Positions 34,861 to 44,212 of a DNA stretch of 44,212 bases are shown one piece after another. The stretch covers positions 1-44,212 of the forward strand of contig JAWCMA010000009.1 of NCBI GenBank assembly GCA_038850285.1, read 5' to 3'. Source of the DNA: Methanocellales archaeon. Lineage in GTDB: Archaea; Halobacteriota; JAWCLZ01. Below the pieces are notes generated by a model. It searched no databases. It was not told the origin of the DNA and worked only from the letters and a program-made list of their open reading frames with translations. The position numbers and the translations under genes are program-made. Within the stretch, counting starts at the first letter, position 1, and each line of letters opens with the position of its first letter.

Positions 34861-35477
34861 AGGCAATGCGTGCAGCAAAGCAAGCTAATAAAAAAGAAAA
34901 CAAAAAGGAAAAAGAGAAGGAGAGGGAAGAGAGGGAAGAATATGTCTGGATTTTAGATCTCTTGCCATATGGATATCCAAATGACACTAGACCTGTTTAT
35001 CAAAAGAAGCCCATCATTCATTCTGTTGGCGAGAAGCACTTTGTTTTACTAGAATTAATCCCCAAAGAAGGGGCTACCCCTCAGATACACACCCGCGTAT
35101 ACATTGGCGAGGGGGAGAGAGATGTTATTGATCGCGTGAAGCGCCGGCTTCGCTACGATGAGCTAACAAGTGCCGCTAGACTCGAGCTGCCTTCAACTCT
35201 TGAATTAATCATCAAGAATAATGAAGAGAGATTCATTCGATTCTTCAACGAAGCTCAGCCTATAACCACAAGGTTTCATATGCTTGAAATTTTACCCGGA
35301 ATTGGCAAGAAGCTAATGTGGGGGATAATTAATGAAAGGAAAAAAGGACCTTTTAAAACCTTTGAGGAATTAACGAGCCGAGTGAAAGGCTTGCATAACC
35401 CCGCAAAACTCCTAGCAAGTAGAATTGAAGAGGAACTTAAGGATCCGTATATAAAATATCGCACTTTTACCAGATAA
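34857..35477 (+). CDS. DUF655 putative RNA-binding protein
   Basis: EEYVWILD.LP.G, GEKHFVLLEL, FFNEAQPITTR.H.LE.LPGIGKK; synteny with rpoF and ksgA. Confidence 0.93.
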   Translation: MKAMRAAKQANKKENKKEKEKEREEREEYVWILDLLPYGYPNDTRPVYQKKPIIHSVGEKHFVLLELIPKEGATPQIHTRVYIGEGERDVIDRVKRRLRYDELTSAARLELPSTLELIIKNNEERFIRFFNEAQPITTRFHMLEILPGIGKKLMWGIINERKKGPFKTFEELTSRVKGLHNPAKLLASRIEEELKDPYIKYRTFTR

Positions 35478-35511
35478 ATCTTTTAACTCAGCTTCTTTAT
35501 ATAACTATAAA

Positions 35512-36279
35512 ATGCGTATAAAGGGACAGCATTTTTTAAAAGATGAAAGAGTGCTTCAGCGAATAGTTAAATATGCTCAAGTTGGAAAAAGAGATGTTGT
35601 ACTTGAAATAGGGGCTGGTAAAGGCAATTTAACAAGAGCTCTAGCTGCGAAGGCCAAGCAAGTGTATGCAATTGAGCTGGATAAAAAACTCGCGAGCGAG
35701 CTGCGGATGGAGTTCGCGGGTAAAAATGTTGTGGTGATAGAGGGGAATGCTTTAAAACTTGATTTTCCAGAGTTCAGCAAAGTCGTGGCTAATCTACCTT
35801 ATTATATCTCTTCAAATTTAACCTTCAAATTACTTCGCCATAAATTCAAATTGGGCGTGTTAATGTATCAAAAGGAGTTCGCGGAGAGAATGATAGCTTC
35901 CCCTAGCAGTGAGAGCTATGGTAGACTATCGGTGACTGCACAGCACTATGCGGAGATAGAAATTCTAGAGATAGTGCCTAAAAGTGCTTTTCAACCAGTG
36001 CCTGAAGTTGACTCTGCGATAGTGCGCTTGAAATTGAGGAAGCCAAGCTATGAAGTTAAAGATGAGGGATTTTTCCTCAAACTTGTAACTGCTTGCTTTG
36101 CTCAGCGTAGAAAAAAACTTAAAAATGCAATATTAAAAGCAGCTAATTCGCTGGAATTGAATCGCATGGCACTGGAAGAAGCAATTAAAGAGAGCTCACT
36201 GTGGAATAAGCGCGCTGAGGAGCTTTCCCCAGCTATGTTCGCACTCCTCGCAAATGAACTGATAAAATACAGAGAATAG
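35512..36279 (+). CDS. rsmA: 16S rRNA dimethyladenosine transferase
   Basis: GQHFL, VLEIGAGKG, VANLPYYISS, MYQKEFAER, YGRLSV, P.PEVDSA. Confidence 0.97.
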   Translation: MRIKGQHFLKDERVLQRIVKYAQVGKRDVVLEIGAGKGNLTRALAAKAKQVYAIELDKKLASELRMEFAGKNVVVIEGNALKLDFPEFSKVVANLPYYISSNLTFKLLRHKFKLGVLMYQKEFAERMIASPSSESYGRLSVTAQHYAEIEILEIVPKSAFQPVPEVDSAIVRLKLRKPSYEVKDEGFFLKLVTACFAQRRKKLKNAILKAANSLELNRMALEEAIKESSLWNKRAEELSPAMFALLANELIKYRE

Positions 36280-36371
36280 AAAAATAGATATTTCTTAGCT
36301 GGAAAATCTATGGTGATGTTAATTTACAAAGAGTGCGAATTGTGAAATGAATTTACAAATAGAGGGGTTAG

Positions 36372-37364
36372 ATGGTGGATATATCAAAGTTTTATGAGAA
36401 TAAACTGTATGTTTTGCTAGCTTTTTTCCTTCTCATAGTGATCAGCTTCTCAATCATTTTTATGATCATAGAAGAGAAATCATTTGTCGATTCAATTTAC
36501 TGGGCAGTGGTAACGCTCGCGACTGTTGGATATGGAGATATCACTCCGAAAACTGAAATTGGGAAAATCTTCACGATGATTTTAATTATTATGGGCATAA
36601 CTTTGTATGGCCTTATCATTCAATCAATTGGGTCTACAATGGTTGAAAGGGTATTTAAAGAGGTTATGGGAATGAAGGAATGTAATTTTAATGGACATGT
36701 TATAATTGCAGGCTGGGAATCGCTAGGTGAAGAACTCCTCATAGAGTTAAAGGCAAATAATGTGAATACAGCGGTTATTACTAAAAATCCGGATGCGGTT
36801 CAAAGCATTAAAAACTTAGGTGCTTATGTGATATGCGGTGACTATACCAAAGATCAAACTCTTTTAAGTGCAGGAATCAAAAATGCCAGAGCAGTTGCAA
36901 TAATCGCTGAAAGCGATCTCGATGTACTGGTTACAGCTCTCAGATGCAAGGCTTTGAATAAGAATATTGAGATCATAGCAAAGGTTGAAAATACTGATAT
37001 AATTGAGGTAGTGAAAGAGGCAGGTGTGCGAATTGTGATAAACCCGGATTTAATAAATAGCAGATTGCTTGCAAGCGCCGCTTTTGAGCCTCATATCGTT
37101 GAGCTTCTTGAAGAAATAACAAGCGCTAGATTTGGCAATGATTTAAGGGAATTCAAAGTTCAACCTAGGTCAGCGTTGGCGGAGAAAACCGTTGAAGAAG
37201 TGCAAACCAAGTTTAAAAAAGAAACTGGATTGCTTTTGATCGCTGTGATAAAAGCAGGTAAAACAATTCCCAATCCCTCAAGTGATATGGTGATCAATGC
37301 CGGCGATGGCGTGATTTTGATGGGCAAAAGCGAGCAATTTGAAAATGCAAGGCATTTAATTTGA
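36372..37364 (+). CDS. Potassium channel with RCK (TrkA-N/C) domains, MthK-like
   Basis: Two TM segments around the TVGYGD filter; HVIIAGW, GDYT, ARAV, AG...VINP. Confidence 0.92.
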   Translation: MVDISKFYENKLYVLLAFFLLIVISFSIIFMIIEEKSFVDSIYWAVVTLATVGYGDITPKTEIGKIFTMILIIMGITLYGLIIQSIGSTMVERVFKEVMGMKECNFNGHVIIAGWESLGEELLIELKANNVNTAVITKNPDAVQSIKNLGAYVICGDYTKDQTLLSAGIKNARAVAIIAESDLDVLVTALRCKALNKNIEIIAKVENTDIIEVVKEAGVRIVINPDLINSRLLASAAFEPHIVELLEEITSARFGNDLREFKVQPRSALAEKTVEEVQTKFKKETGLLLIAVIKAGKTIPNPSSDMVINAGDGVILMGKSEQFENARHLI

Positions 37365-37437
37365 TCAATTTAATCAATCGATAATTTTTCAATTAAATTT
37401 GGCATGATTTCTTAGAGAATCGAATTCAAGTTAATTT

Positions 37438-37510
37438 TTTTATTAATTTTTAATTTTTAATTTTAAATTTTTAATTTTAAATTTTAAATTTTAAATTTTA
37501 AATTTTTTAA
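37438..37510. repeat. Microsatellite-like (TTTTAA/TTTTAAA)n tract
   Basis: tttttaatttttaattttaaatttttaattttaaattttaaattttaaattttaaattttttaa between the channel gene and hemL. Confidence 0.85.
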
Positions 37511-37596
37511 CTCATACTCATGCTCGTACCCTATACCTAAACCCTAATCTTTAAACTTTTAAATATCATAAGGCATAATGCAAAAGAGGGAAATAA

Positions 37597-38865
37597 ATGT
37601 CAAGATCAGAGGAGTTATTCAAAAGAGCAATACGTTTATTACCAGGTGGAGTTAGCAGTCCAGTGCGTGCTTATAAGCCTTATCCTTTTTATGCTGCATC
37701 TGCAAAGGGATCGCGAATCAAGGATATAGATGGCCGTGAATATATAGACTACTGCATGGGCTATGGACCATTGATCTTGGGACACTCCCACCCAAATATT
37801 AAAGAAGCAGTGGTGAGACAAATAGAAAAAGGCTGGCTATATGGAACGCCATATGAATATGAAGTAGCCCTAGCTGAGCGTGTCGCTCATTATTATTCAA
37901 GTGTGGATATGGTGAGATTTGTAAACACAGGTACAGAAGCTACAATGGGAGCACTTCGAGTTGCGAGAGCTTATACTGGGAGAAATAAAATTGTTAAAAT
38001 AGAGGGCGGCTTCCACGGAGCGCACGAAGCAGTACTGGTAAAAGCAGGCTCAGGTGCACTTACATTTGGCACTCCCGATTCACTAGGTATACCAGTTGAT
38101 TTTACCAAGAATACACTGCAAGTCCCATTCAATGATATAGAGGCTTTAAACACCGTTATTCAAAGATATGGTGAGGATATAGCCGCGGTAATAATGGAGC
38201 CCATAATGGGCAATATAGGTACAATTCTACCTGAAACAGGCTATCTAAAAGAGGTGAGAGCTGTTACAGCGGAGAATGGAATTATTCTAATCTTCGATGA
38301 AATCATAACTGGTTTTCGCGTGGCAATGGGCGGAGCGCAGGAATACTATGCCGTTACACCAGATATGACAACGCTTGGCAAAGCTATTGCAAGTGGATTT
38401 CCCATTGGCATAATAGGGGGAAAGCGCAGGCTGATGGAACAGATTTCCCCTGCAGGCAAAGTCTATCAAGCAGGTACTTTTAATGCCAATCCAGTTTCAC
38501 TAGCAGCAGCTTTAATGACCATTCGCACTCTAGAGAGGGAAAATGTCCACAAGAAAATCAATGCGCTTGGAAACGCGCTTCGCACTCAAATTCTTGAAGC
38601 AATCGAGGAGTTAAAATTGAAATTCAACTGCTCAGTCTCTGGCATTGGTTCAATGTTCACAATATTCTTCGGCAAGAAACCAACCAACTATCAAGAAGTC
38701 TTGCTATGCAACAAGCAAGCTTATTTCGAGTTTTTCAAAAGACTCCTGAAATCAGGAATATTCTTCCCTCCCTCGCAATATGAAACCTGCTTCGTTTCAT
38801 TTGCCCACGATGAAGCTGATATTGAAAAAACAGTGGCAATTATAAGAAGCAAATTGAGGGCTTAA
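37597..38865 (+). CDS. hemL: Glutamate-1-semialdehyde 2,1-aminomutase
   Basis: [51 protein letters not shown]. Confidence 0.98.
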   Translation: MSRSEELFKRAIRLLPGGVSSPVRAYKPYPFYAASAKGSRIKDIDGREYIDYCMGYGPLILGHSHPNIKEAVVRQIEKGWLYGTPYEYEVALAERVAHYYSSVDMVRFVNTGTEATMGALRVARAYTGRNKIVKIEGGFHGAHEAVLVKAGSGALTFGTPDSLGIPVDFTKNTLQVPFNDIEALNTVIQRYGEDIAAVIMEPIMGNIGTILPETGYLKEVRAVTAENGIILIFDEIITGFRVAMGGAQEYYAVTPDMTTLGKAIASGFPIGIIGGKRRLMEQISPAGKVYQAGTFNANPVSLAAALMTIRTLERENVHKKINALGNALRTQILEAIEELKLKFNCSVSGIGSMFTIFFGKKPTNYQEVLLCNKQAYFEFFKRLLKSGIFFPPSQYETCFVSFAHDEADIEKTVAIIRSKLRA

Positions 38866-38866
38866 A

Positions 38867-39799
38867 ATGCAAATAATAATAGGCACACGCGGGAGCAAGC
38901 TCGCGCTTGCCCAAACTAACAGGGTTCGCAATATGCTTGAACAAAGAGGCATGGAAATAGAGCTGCGAATAATAAAAACGATTGGCGATACCTTTGGAGA
39001 TAGACCGCTGCATGAACTCTCCACATCAAAGGGCACCGGGGCCTTCGTGCGGGAAATCGATGAAGCACTCTTCAGAGGTGAAATAGACCTAGCAGTGCAC
39101 AGCTTGAAGGATATACCAACTGAGAGACCCAAGGGATTAACCATCGCGGCATTGCTTAAACGCGATTCCCCTTACGATGTATTAATAACAAATGATGGCA
39201 GCAGGCTTGAATCACTTTCAACTGATGCAGTCGTGGGAACTTCCAGCCTTCGTAGAAAAGCTCAGCTATTGAGATACCGCAGAGATCTTCAAATAAAGCC
39301 CCTTCGCGGCAATTTAGATACTAGGCTACGGAAACTCCGAGAAGGTTACTACGATGCAATCTTAGCAGCAGAAGCAGGGCTTCAGCGATTAGAACTGAAT
39401 CTGAAATATCAGCGCCTCAGCATAGATTACTTCACTCCATCAGCCAACCAAGGTACAATAGCTGTAGTGACCAAAGAAGACAGTGAAGCTGAAAAAATTG
39501 CAAGAGCACTTGACCATCCAAAAACAAGAATTGAAACGGAAATCGAGCGCCTCATTTTACGCATCTTAGGTGGAGGCTGCCTTGTGCCAATTGGCGTACT
39601 TGCAATAGCAGAAGAGGATAAAATAATGGTAAAAGCAGAGGTAATAGCACCAGATGGCAGCTCCTCAGTTTCAATAGTCGAAGAAATTCCAATGGAAAAC
39701 TATAGAGCACATGCGGAGAGAATCGCTCAATTCTTGCGCGATAGAGGTGGAGCTGAATTGGTGCAGAGAACAGCGAGAGAATTGCGAAAAACAAAATGA
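38867..39799 (+). CDS. hemC: Hydroxymethylbilane synthase
   Basis: GTRGSKLALAQ, AVHSLKD, GTSSLRR, RGNLDTRL, GGGC.VP. Confidence 0.98.
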   Translation: MQIIIGTRGSKLALAQTNRVRNMLEQRGMEIELRIIKTIGDTFGDRPLHELSTSKGTGAFVREIDEALFRGEIDLAVHSLKDIPTERPKGLTIAALLKRDSPYDVLITNDGSRLESLSTDAVVGTSSLRRKAQLLRYRRDLQIKPLRGNLDTRLRKLREGYYDAILAAEAGLQRLELNLKYQRLSIDYFTPSANQGTIAVVTKEDSEAEKIARALDHPKTRIETEIERLILRILGGGCLVPIGVLAIAEEDKIMVKAEVIAPDGSSSVSIVEEIPMENYRAHAERIAQFLRDRGGAELVQRTARELRKTK

Positions 39800-39815
39800 A
39801 TGAGGCTGAATTTTA

Positions 39816-40595
39816 TTGCCGCTGGGAAAAGTAGGGAACAAAAGCAAAATTAAAGGTAAAGTCTATTTAGTTGGCGCTGGACCTGGCGATCCCGAGTTAT
39901 TAACCAAAAAAGCTGAGAAGTTAATCAAAAAAGCAGAGGTAATTCTATATGACCAACTAGTAGGCGAAGCACTTCACAAGCTATTTCCTAAAAATGCTGA
40001 GATAATCAACGTGGGCAAGTATACTGGGAAGCATGGATTTGAGCAGAGCGAGATCAATAAAATGCTGGTGGAATATGCGAAGCAGGGCAAGGTAGTTGTC
40101 CGCCTTAAAGGAGGCGATCCCTATTTATTTGGCCGTGGAGGGGAAGAAGCTGAAGAACTGGTTAAAGCCGGGATCGAAGTTGAAGTAATACCTGGCATTA
40201 CCTCAGCGATAGCTGTGCCAACCTATGCGGGCATTCCTATCACCCATCGAGATTTCGCATCCGCGGTAACATTCATCGCAGGCCACGAGGATCCCTCGAA
40301 GGAGAAAAGTGCTTTGAACTGGGATGCTCTTGCCAAGCTTCAGGGCACACTTGTGATTTTAATGGGCGTTGGTAAACTTGAGGAAAATGTGAAAGCACTT
40401 CTAAGCCACGGCAAAGACCCTAGAACCCCAGTTGCAATCATAGAGCGGGGAACTACACGCGAGCAAAGAATTATCACTGGAAATTTGAAGAACATTACTG
40501 CAATAGCAAAGCGGAGGAATGTAAAACCCCCTGCAGTAATAGTAATAGGAGAAGTAGTATCCCTTCATTCAAAACTAAGGAGTCAGAAAAAATGA
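39816..40595 (+). CDS. cobA: Uroporphyrinogen-III C-methyltransferase
   Basis: VYLVGAGPGDPELLT, RLKGGDP..FGRGGEE, PGITSA, GIPITHR; TTG start. Confidence 0.96.
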   Translation: MPLGKVGNKSKIKGKVYLVGAGPGDPELLTKKAEKLIKKAEVILYDQLVGEALHKLFPKNAEIINVGKYTGKHGFEQSEINKMLVEYAKQGKVVVRLKGGDPYLFGRGGEEAEELVKAGIEVEVIPGITSAIAVPTYAGIPITHRDFASAVTFIAGHEDPSKEKSALNWDALAKLQGTLVILMGVGKLEENVKALLSHGKDPRTPVAIIERGTTREQRIITGNLKNITAIAKRRNVKPPAVIVIGEVVSLHSKLRSQKK

Positions 40596-41353
40596 AGACT
40601 CTCTTCATAGCTAGACCTGAAGAGCACCTAGAGGAATCCATTAGCAGCGCCGAGAAAGAGGGCTTTAGAGTGATCGCCACGCCAATGGTTGAAATTAAAG
40701 CAAGAGAAGACCCTGAATTTATAGTTTTCCTGCGGAGAGTGCTTAGCTGCGAGGTGGACTATGTTATTTTCACCAGCGTTAATGGCATAAGAATAGCGCT
40801 GGAGAAAGCCGCCAGCGGGGAATTTGTTAAAGCCCTTAATAAAACCAGAGTCATTGCAATTGGGCCTAGAACAAAGCGAGCTCTTGAAAAAGCAGGTGTA
40901 GCTGCAATTATGCCGGAGAAATACAGCTCCGAGGGAATCTTAGAAGAGCTTTCCTCGCTTTTAAGCGGTAGGAAAGTGGAAATTGTGAGAAGCGCTCAAG
41001 GTGATCCTGAATTAATAAAAAGCTTAAGTTCCGCAGGTGCAGCTGTACACGAGGTTAAAATCTACGAAGTTAAAAGACCAAAGGGTGAAGCTCAAGCTCT
41101 TGCAATTAAACAAGCTCCAGTGGTAGATGTTTTTGCTTTCACAAGCAGCACAGCTGTGGAGAACTACCTGAAAACCGCTGAAGAACTTGGGCTCCGCGGC
41201 ATGGTGATTGAAATCATGAATTCAAGAATAGTAGCGGCAATTGGAGAGCTGACTGCCAAAAAACTCAGGGAGAATGGAATTAAGGTTGATATTGTACCAA
41301 AGCACTTTACATTCCAAGATTTATTAAATGCTATAAAGGAGAAAGTGACTTGA
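40592..41353 (+). CDS. hemD: Uroporphyrinogen-III synthase
   Basis: IFTSVNG, AIGPRT, FTSSTAV, AAIGELTA; operon context. Confidence 0.93.
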   Translation: MKTLFIARPEEHLEESISSAEKEGFRVIATPMVEIKAREDPEFIVFLRRVLSCEVDYVIFTSVNGIRIALEKAASGEFVKALNKTRVIAIGPRTKRALEKAGVAAIMPEKYSSEGILEELSSLLSGRKVEIVRSAQGDPELIKSLSSAGAAVHEVKIYEVKRPKGEAQALAIKQAPVVDVFAFTSSTAVENYLKTAEELGLRGMVIEIMNSRIVAAIGELTAKKLRENGIKVDIVPKHFTFQDLLNAIKEKVT

Positions 41354-41371
41354 TAATATTTTTAAAGCTAA

Positions 41372-42339
41372 TTGCAGATAAAGCAACAGTGTGGGAAGCA
41401 CTTAGAGCAAAGGAGAAATGCTAGAGCTAGAGATGATTTAATTCGCTTTTCCTCGCAAGTCAAGTCAGTTGTAATATGGAATATAACTAGAGAATGCAAT
41501 CTGCAGTGCAAACACTGCTATATCAATGTTCAAAAAGGCCCGCATACTGAAGAGCTGACACTAGGAGGGAATTCGCTTCATAGACGAATTAGCGGAAATG
41601 GAGATACCCATGATCATATTCGCAGGGGCGAGCCCTTCGCTAGTGAAAACTTCTTCCTATTTGCATTTTACGCCAAGGCAAAAAAGTGCGCGCCACGCTT
41701 TCAACCAATGGCACATTGATAACCCCTGAAGTGGCAAGGCTGCGTAAATACGCTAGCATACGCTATAGGGGTGTAAGCTTAGATTCCGCGGATTCTAAGA
41801 CCAACGATAAATTTGGAGGGGTAAATGGTACTTGGGAAATGGCCATCGTTGGTAAAAATGCTAAAAAGCAGGTTTGAAAACCGGCCTTAGAATCGCCATA
41901 AGCAAGGACAATTGGAAGTACCGGCTTTGCTTGACCTAGCGCTGAAAATGAAAATCCCTCGCTTTTGCGTTTACCACCTCGCGCCCATTAGAAGAGGCAA
42001 GCATATCGCCAGCTGGGATATATCGAAAGCCGAGAGAGAAAAAGTACTGGCGTTTCTCTATGAAAAAGCAATTGAACTTCGCGACTGGTGAACCTCAGCA
42101 GAAAATGGGCAGTATTAGAGAAAAATCCTTCAAAGAAATCTGGAACTCCACACTCTGCGCGCCTATTACAGGACTTGAGAAATTTGAAAGCCAAGCTCAA
42201 GGGCAAATGCGGTATTTGCGATTATAAAGATATATGCAGCGGGTGAGGCAAAAAGCTGTACATCGAGGATTTCTTCGGAGAAAATCCAACCTATATCTAT
42301 AACCCAGAATATAACCCAGAATATAACCCAGAAAACTAG
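41372..42339 (+). pseudogene. Degraded radical SAM/SPASM gene, AhbC/NirJ-like
   Basis: Fragments in several frames: WNITRECNLQCKHCY, GEP, LSTNGTLI, GVSLD, GLKTGLRI, IPRFCVYHL, EKSFKEIWN, GKCGICDYKDICSG; multiple frameshifts and an apparent internal deletion. Confidence 0.85.
42298..42333. repeat. Tandem repeat (TATAACCCAGAA)x3
   Basis: Three exact 12-bp copies; reads YNPE x3 in the last frame of the pseudogene. Confidence 0.92.
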
Positions 42340-42791
42340 CGCTCTTTTCTTCGGATCACATACTGCCTATATCCCCGGAGGGTTTGAATGATATCGTAGT
42401 TCAGCGTTCTTTTAATTAGATAATATACTCTAGTCTCCGTCCAATATGCTGCAAAGGTGAATATCAACCAGAAGATAATTGGGATGGAGAGCAAGGGAAT
42501 TAATATCCAAAGGGAAACCCGATCCAGGAAGTATATAAATGCAATTAATATTGCGAAGAAGAGCAAGAGACTCATGCTCCAGAGCATGAACTCAATATCC
42601 TTTGGAATATGCAGGCTATAAATCGAAGAGACTTCTCCTCTCGCGCTTCTTCGCCTCTGGATGCTATTCCTATTTCTTTCAGCAGCTTCGCTGGTTCCAG
42701 TCTCCTTTTTTGGAGTTATTTCCTCTGATTTTCGACGTAGATGGGTTATTGATATTTCAGTTTTTTCATCATCCCCGCTGCTTAACATCAA
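42336..42791 (-). CDS. Hypothetical membrane protein
   Basis: Charged N-terminal half, then two strong TM helices; start uncertain. Confidence 0.55.
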   Translation of the reverse strand: MMLSSGDDEKTEISITHLRRKSEEITPKKETGTSEAAERNRNSIQRRRSARGEVSSIYSLHIPKDIEFMLWSMSLLLFFAILIAFIYFLDRVSLWILIPLLSIPIIFWLIFTFAAYWTETRVYYLIKRTLNYDIIQTLRGYRQYVIRRKER

Positions 42792-42870
42792 TGATAAGTT
42801 TAATCTCCGCTTTCAAATAACTTATGCGCTTGCAGAAATAAGAACAAGATGTAGAAATATTGAACAAAAT

Positions 42871-43671
42871 TTAAATCCAGTCTATGGTTACTTCCACCTT
42901 CGCTATCTCGCCGCTTTTCACCTTTTCCAAAATCTCTGGTTCCTTAGCAGCTAAACCATCGAGGAGCTCAAGCACCTCAGGGAAGTGCTGGTAATAACTT
43001 GGTAGCTGCCAGAAAGCTTGCTTTAATTTCGATTCACAAACTTGGCAGAATATACCATATTTTAATCTATCTCTAGCGTGAATTATTAAATCACTTGGTA
43101 TGAACTCTGGAGAGCGCATGGAGCAAGCATTCTTGCAGTCGGGTAGAGAGCCATAGGTATGTCCGAATTCGTGGATTCCAGTTTGCTTTAGAACTTCGCT
43201 GCCCTGCTTTTTTAATCTGAATAAGCTGATCACCGTTGCATTCATGCTTCCTCTTCCAGTGAAGAATTTAATTTCAGGAGAAGTAGAGTCATAGAGGTCG
43301 TAGGAGGAGAGGAGGAGTAAATCATAGTGCGGCAGTTTTTGCCAGGGTTCTTTTTTAAATAAATTTAGGAACTTAATTAAATCGCACTGCTTTCTCTGTG
43401 CATTGTAAGCTTGCTTTATATACCATTCAATACTTCCAAATTCACCACCATCTTTAAACCAATTGCCATAGACCTCAACTGGTATTACCTCTTTGACTTC
43501 TGCTCTCTCCAGCACCAAGTCAAGAGCCTCTTTAAATAGAGCTATCTCAGCGTTGGAAACAAGTCTATCGCATAAAATATGCACTGGCTTAAACCTATTA
43601 AGCGGATACTCTATTGAAGGCGGGATTCTCATTCCAGTTGTTCTTCTAATTGCTCTTCTAAGCTTCAGCAT
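42871..43671 (-). CDS. Putative zinc metallopeptidase, archaemetzincin-like
   Basis: HEFGHTYG...C...CSM...FCQVC; upstream 'VISLFRL'. Confidence 0.7.
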   Translation of the reverse strand: MLKLRRAIRRTTGMRIPPSIEYPLNRFKPVHILCDRLVSNAEIALFKEALDLVLERAEVKEVIPVEVYGNWFKDGGEFGSIEWYIKQAYNAQRKQCDLIKFLNLFKKEPWQKLPHYDLLLLSSYDLYDSTSPEIKFFTGRGSMNATVISLFRLKKQGSEVLKQTGIHEFGHTYGSLPDCKNACSMRSPEFIPSDLIIHARDRLKYGIFCQVCESKLKQAFWQLPSYYQHFPEVLELLDGLAAKEPEILEKVKSGEIAKVEVTIDWI

Positions 43672-44183
43672 TGAATATATCTCTCCATATAGCTCGCGAA
43701 CTTCTTGGCAAACATATTCTTGAAAACCTCATTAGCCCAGAAGAGATCTTCAAAAACTCTACTTTGAATGCGCTCCCCCTCTTTCTCGCTTAGCTTTTGA
43801 AGCATTTCTTTGTGGATTTTTGGGGAGAATGTTTTAAAAACTTTTATTGAGAAACTCTCCGCTTTCATTGTGGAATAAATCGCTGCTCCAGCGATGCTTG
43901 CAGCGAATTCATCGAGATATAGCTCAATACTACTGGAGTAGAATTTAATGAGGGTTATCAGCTCAGTTTGAGCCTCAATTGCAGCCGCAAGGGATTGAAG
44001 GTAAACTAAGTCTCCTTCTCCAAGTTTATCCTTATTAAGTCTTTTCAAAAAGAACTCAATATTTTCCCTAGTGAATCGCCCTCCTGAGAGATGAGCTTTT
44101 TCATGTCTCACGTCGTATTTGATCTTTTTCTCTAAGATTTCTTCATTCAAAGTCGAGAGCATCTCTATGTATTTCTTTCCCAC
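43665..44183 (-). CDS. Hypothetical protein
   Basis: 172-aa ORF with helical composition and a 7-bp overlap with the peptidase gene; no recognised motif. Confidence 0.6.
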   Translation of the reverse strand: MGKKYIEMLSTLNEEILEKKIKYDVRHEKAHLSGGRFTRENIEFFLKRLNKDKLGEGDLVYLQSLAAAIEAQTELITLIKFYSSSIELYLDEFAASIAGAAIYSTMKAESFSIKVFKTFSPKIHKEMLQKLSEKEGERIQSRVFEDLFWANEVFKNMFAKKFASYMERYIQC

Positions 44184-44212
44184 AAGTAATCTATTCTCGT
44201 GCCCTGAAAATT

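Noticed and set aside
42244-42246. TGA at a Cys-equivalent position (CSG*) as selenocysteine
   Set aside because: A 1-nt deletion explains it (GGG TG- AGG CAA AAA GCT restores GCRQKA), and the gene has many other lesions
42298-42333. Tandem repeats here and at 10281-10340 as CRISPR arrays
   Set aside because: Units are 6-12 bp, directly adjacent with no spacers, and no cas genes are present
386-43723. Numerous short antisense or alternative-frame ORFs in the track (e.g. 3642-4007, 4105-4548, 9700-10095, 23399-23785, 38797-39144, 41988-42206)
   Set aside because: They lie within or opposite well-supported genes, have shadow-ORF composition and show no motifs

Overview
Archaeal chromosomal segment. 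The gene set and order (rps19e-PDCD5-rpl39e-rpl31e-aIF6-rplX-pfdA-ftsY; trmY-pus10-rpl21e-rpoF-DUF655-ksgA; dph5; hemL-hemC-cobA-hemD) most resemble Methanomicrobia/Methanosarcinia/Archaeoglobi-type euryarchaea, which is inference. Main contents: a minD-led type IV filament assembly operon (ATPase plus two TadC/ArlJ-like proteins); a separate five-gene pilin-like cluster with an 887-aa PKD/vWA adhesin; two ABC transporters; translation and RNA-modification genes; tRNA-Leu(CAA); a K+ channel; and tetrapyrrole genes ending in a shattered ahbC-like pseudogene. Most notable: (1) a tandem thymidylate-synthase-fold protein whose halves have lost complementary catalytic residues; (2) a 100-aa protein next to dph5 whose C-terminus mimics the ribosomal P-stalk GTPase-binding tail; (3) the split pilus/adhesin system; (4) two unannotated CxxC..CxxC microproteins behind a Mut7-C gene; (5) a probable CTG start codon; (6) a perfect 24-bp operator-like palindrome; (7) a Re-citrate-synthase-like enzyme near an NADP-type IDH-like enzyme; (8) recurrent intergenic microsatellites at gene 3' ends. 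No CRISPR array, rRNA, integrase or transposase was seen. All family calls come from motif recognition; no database searches were run.
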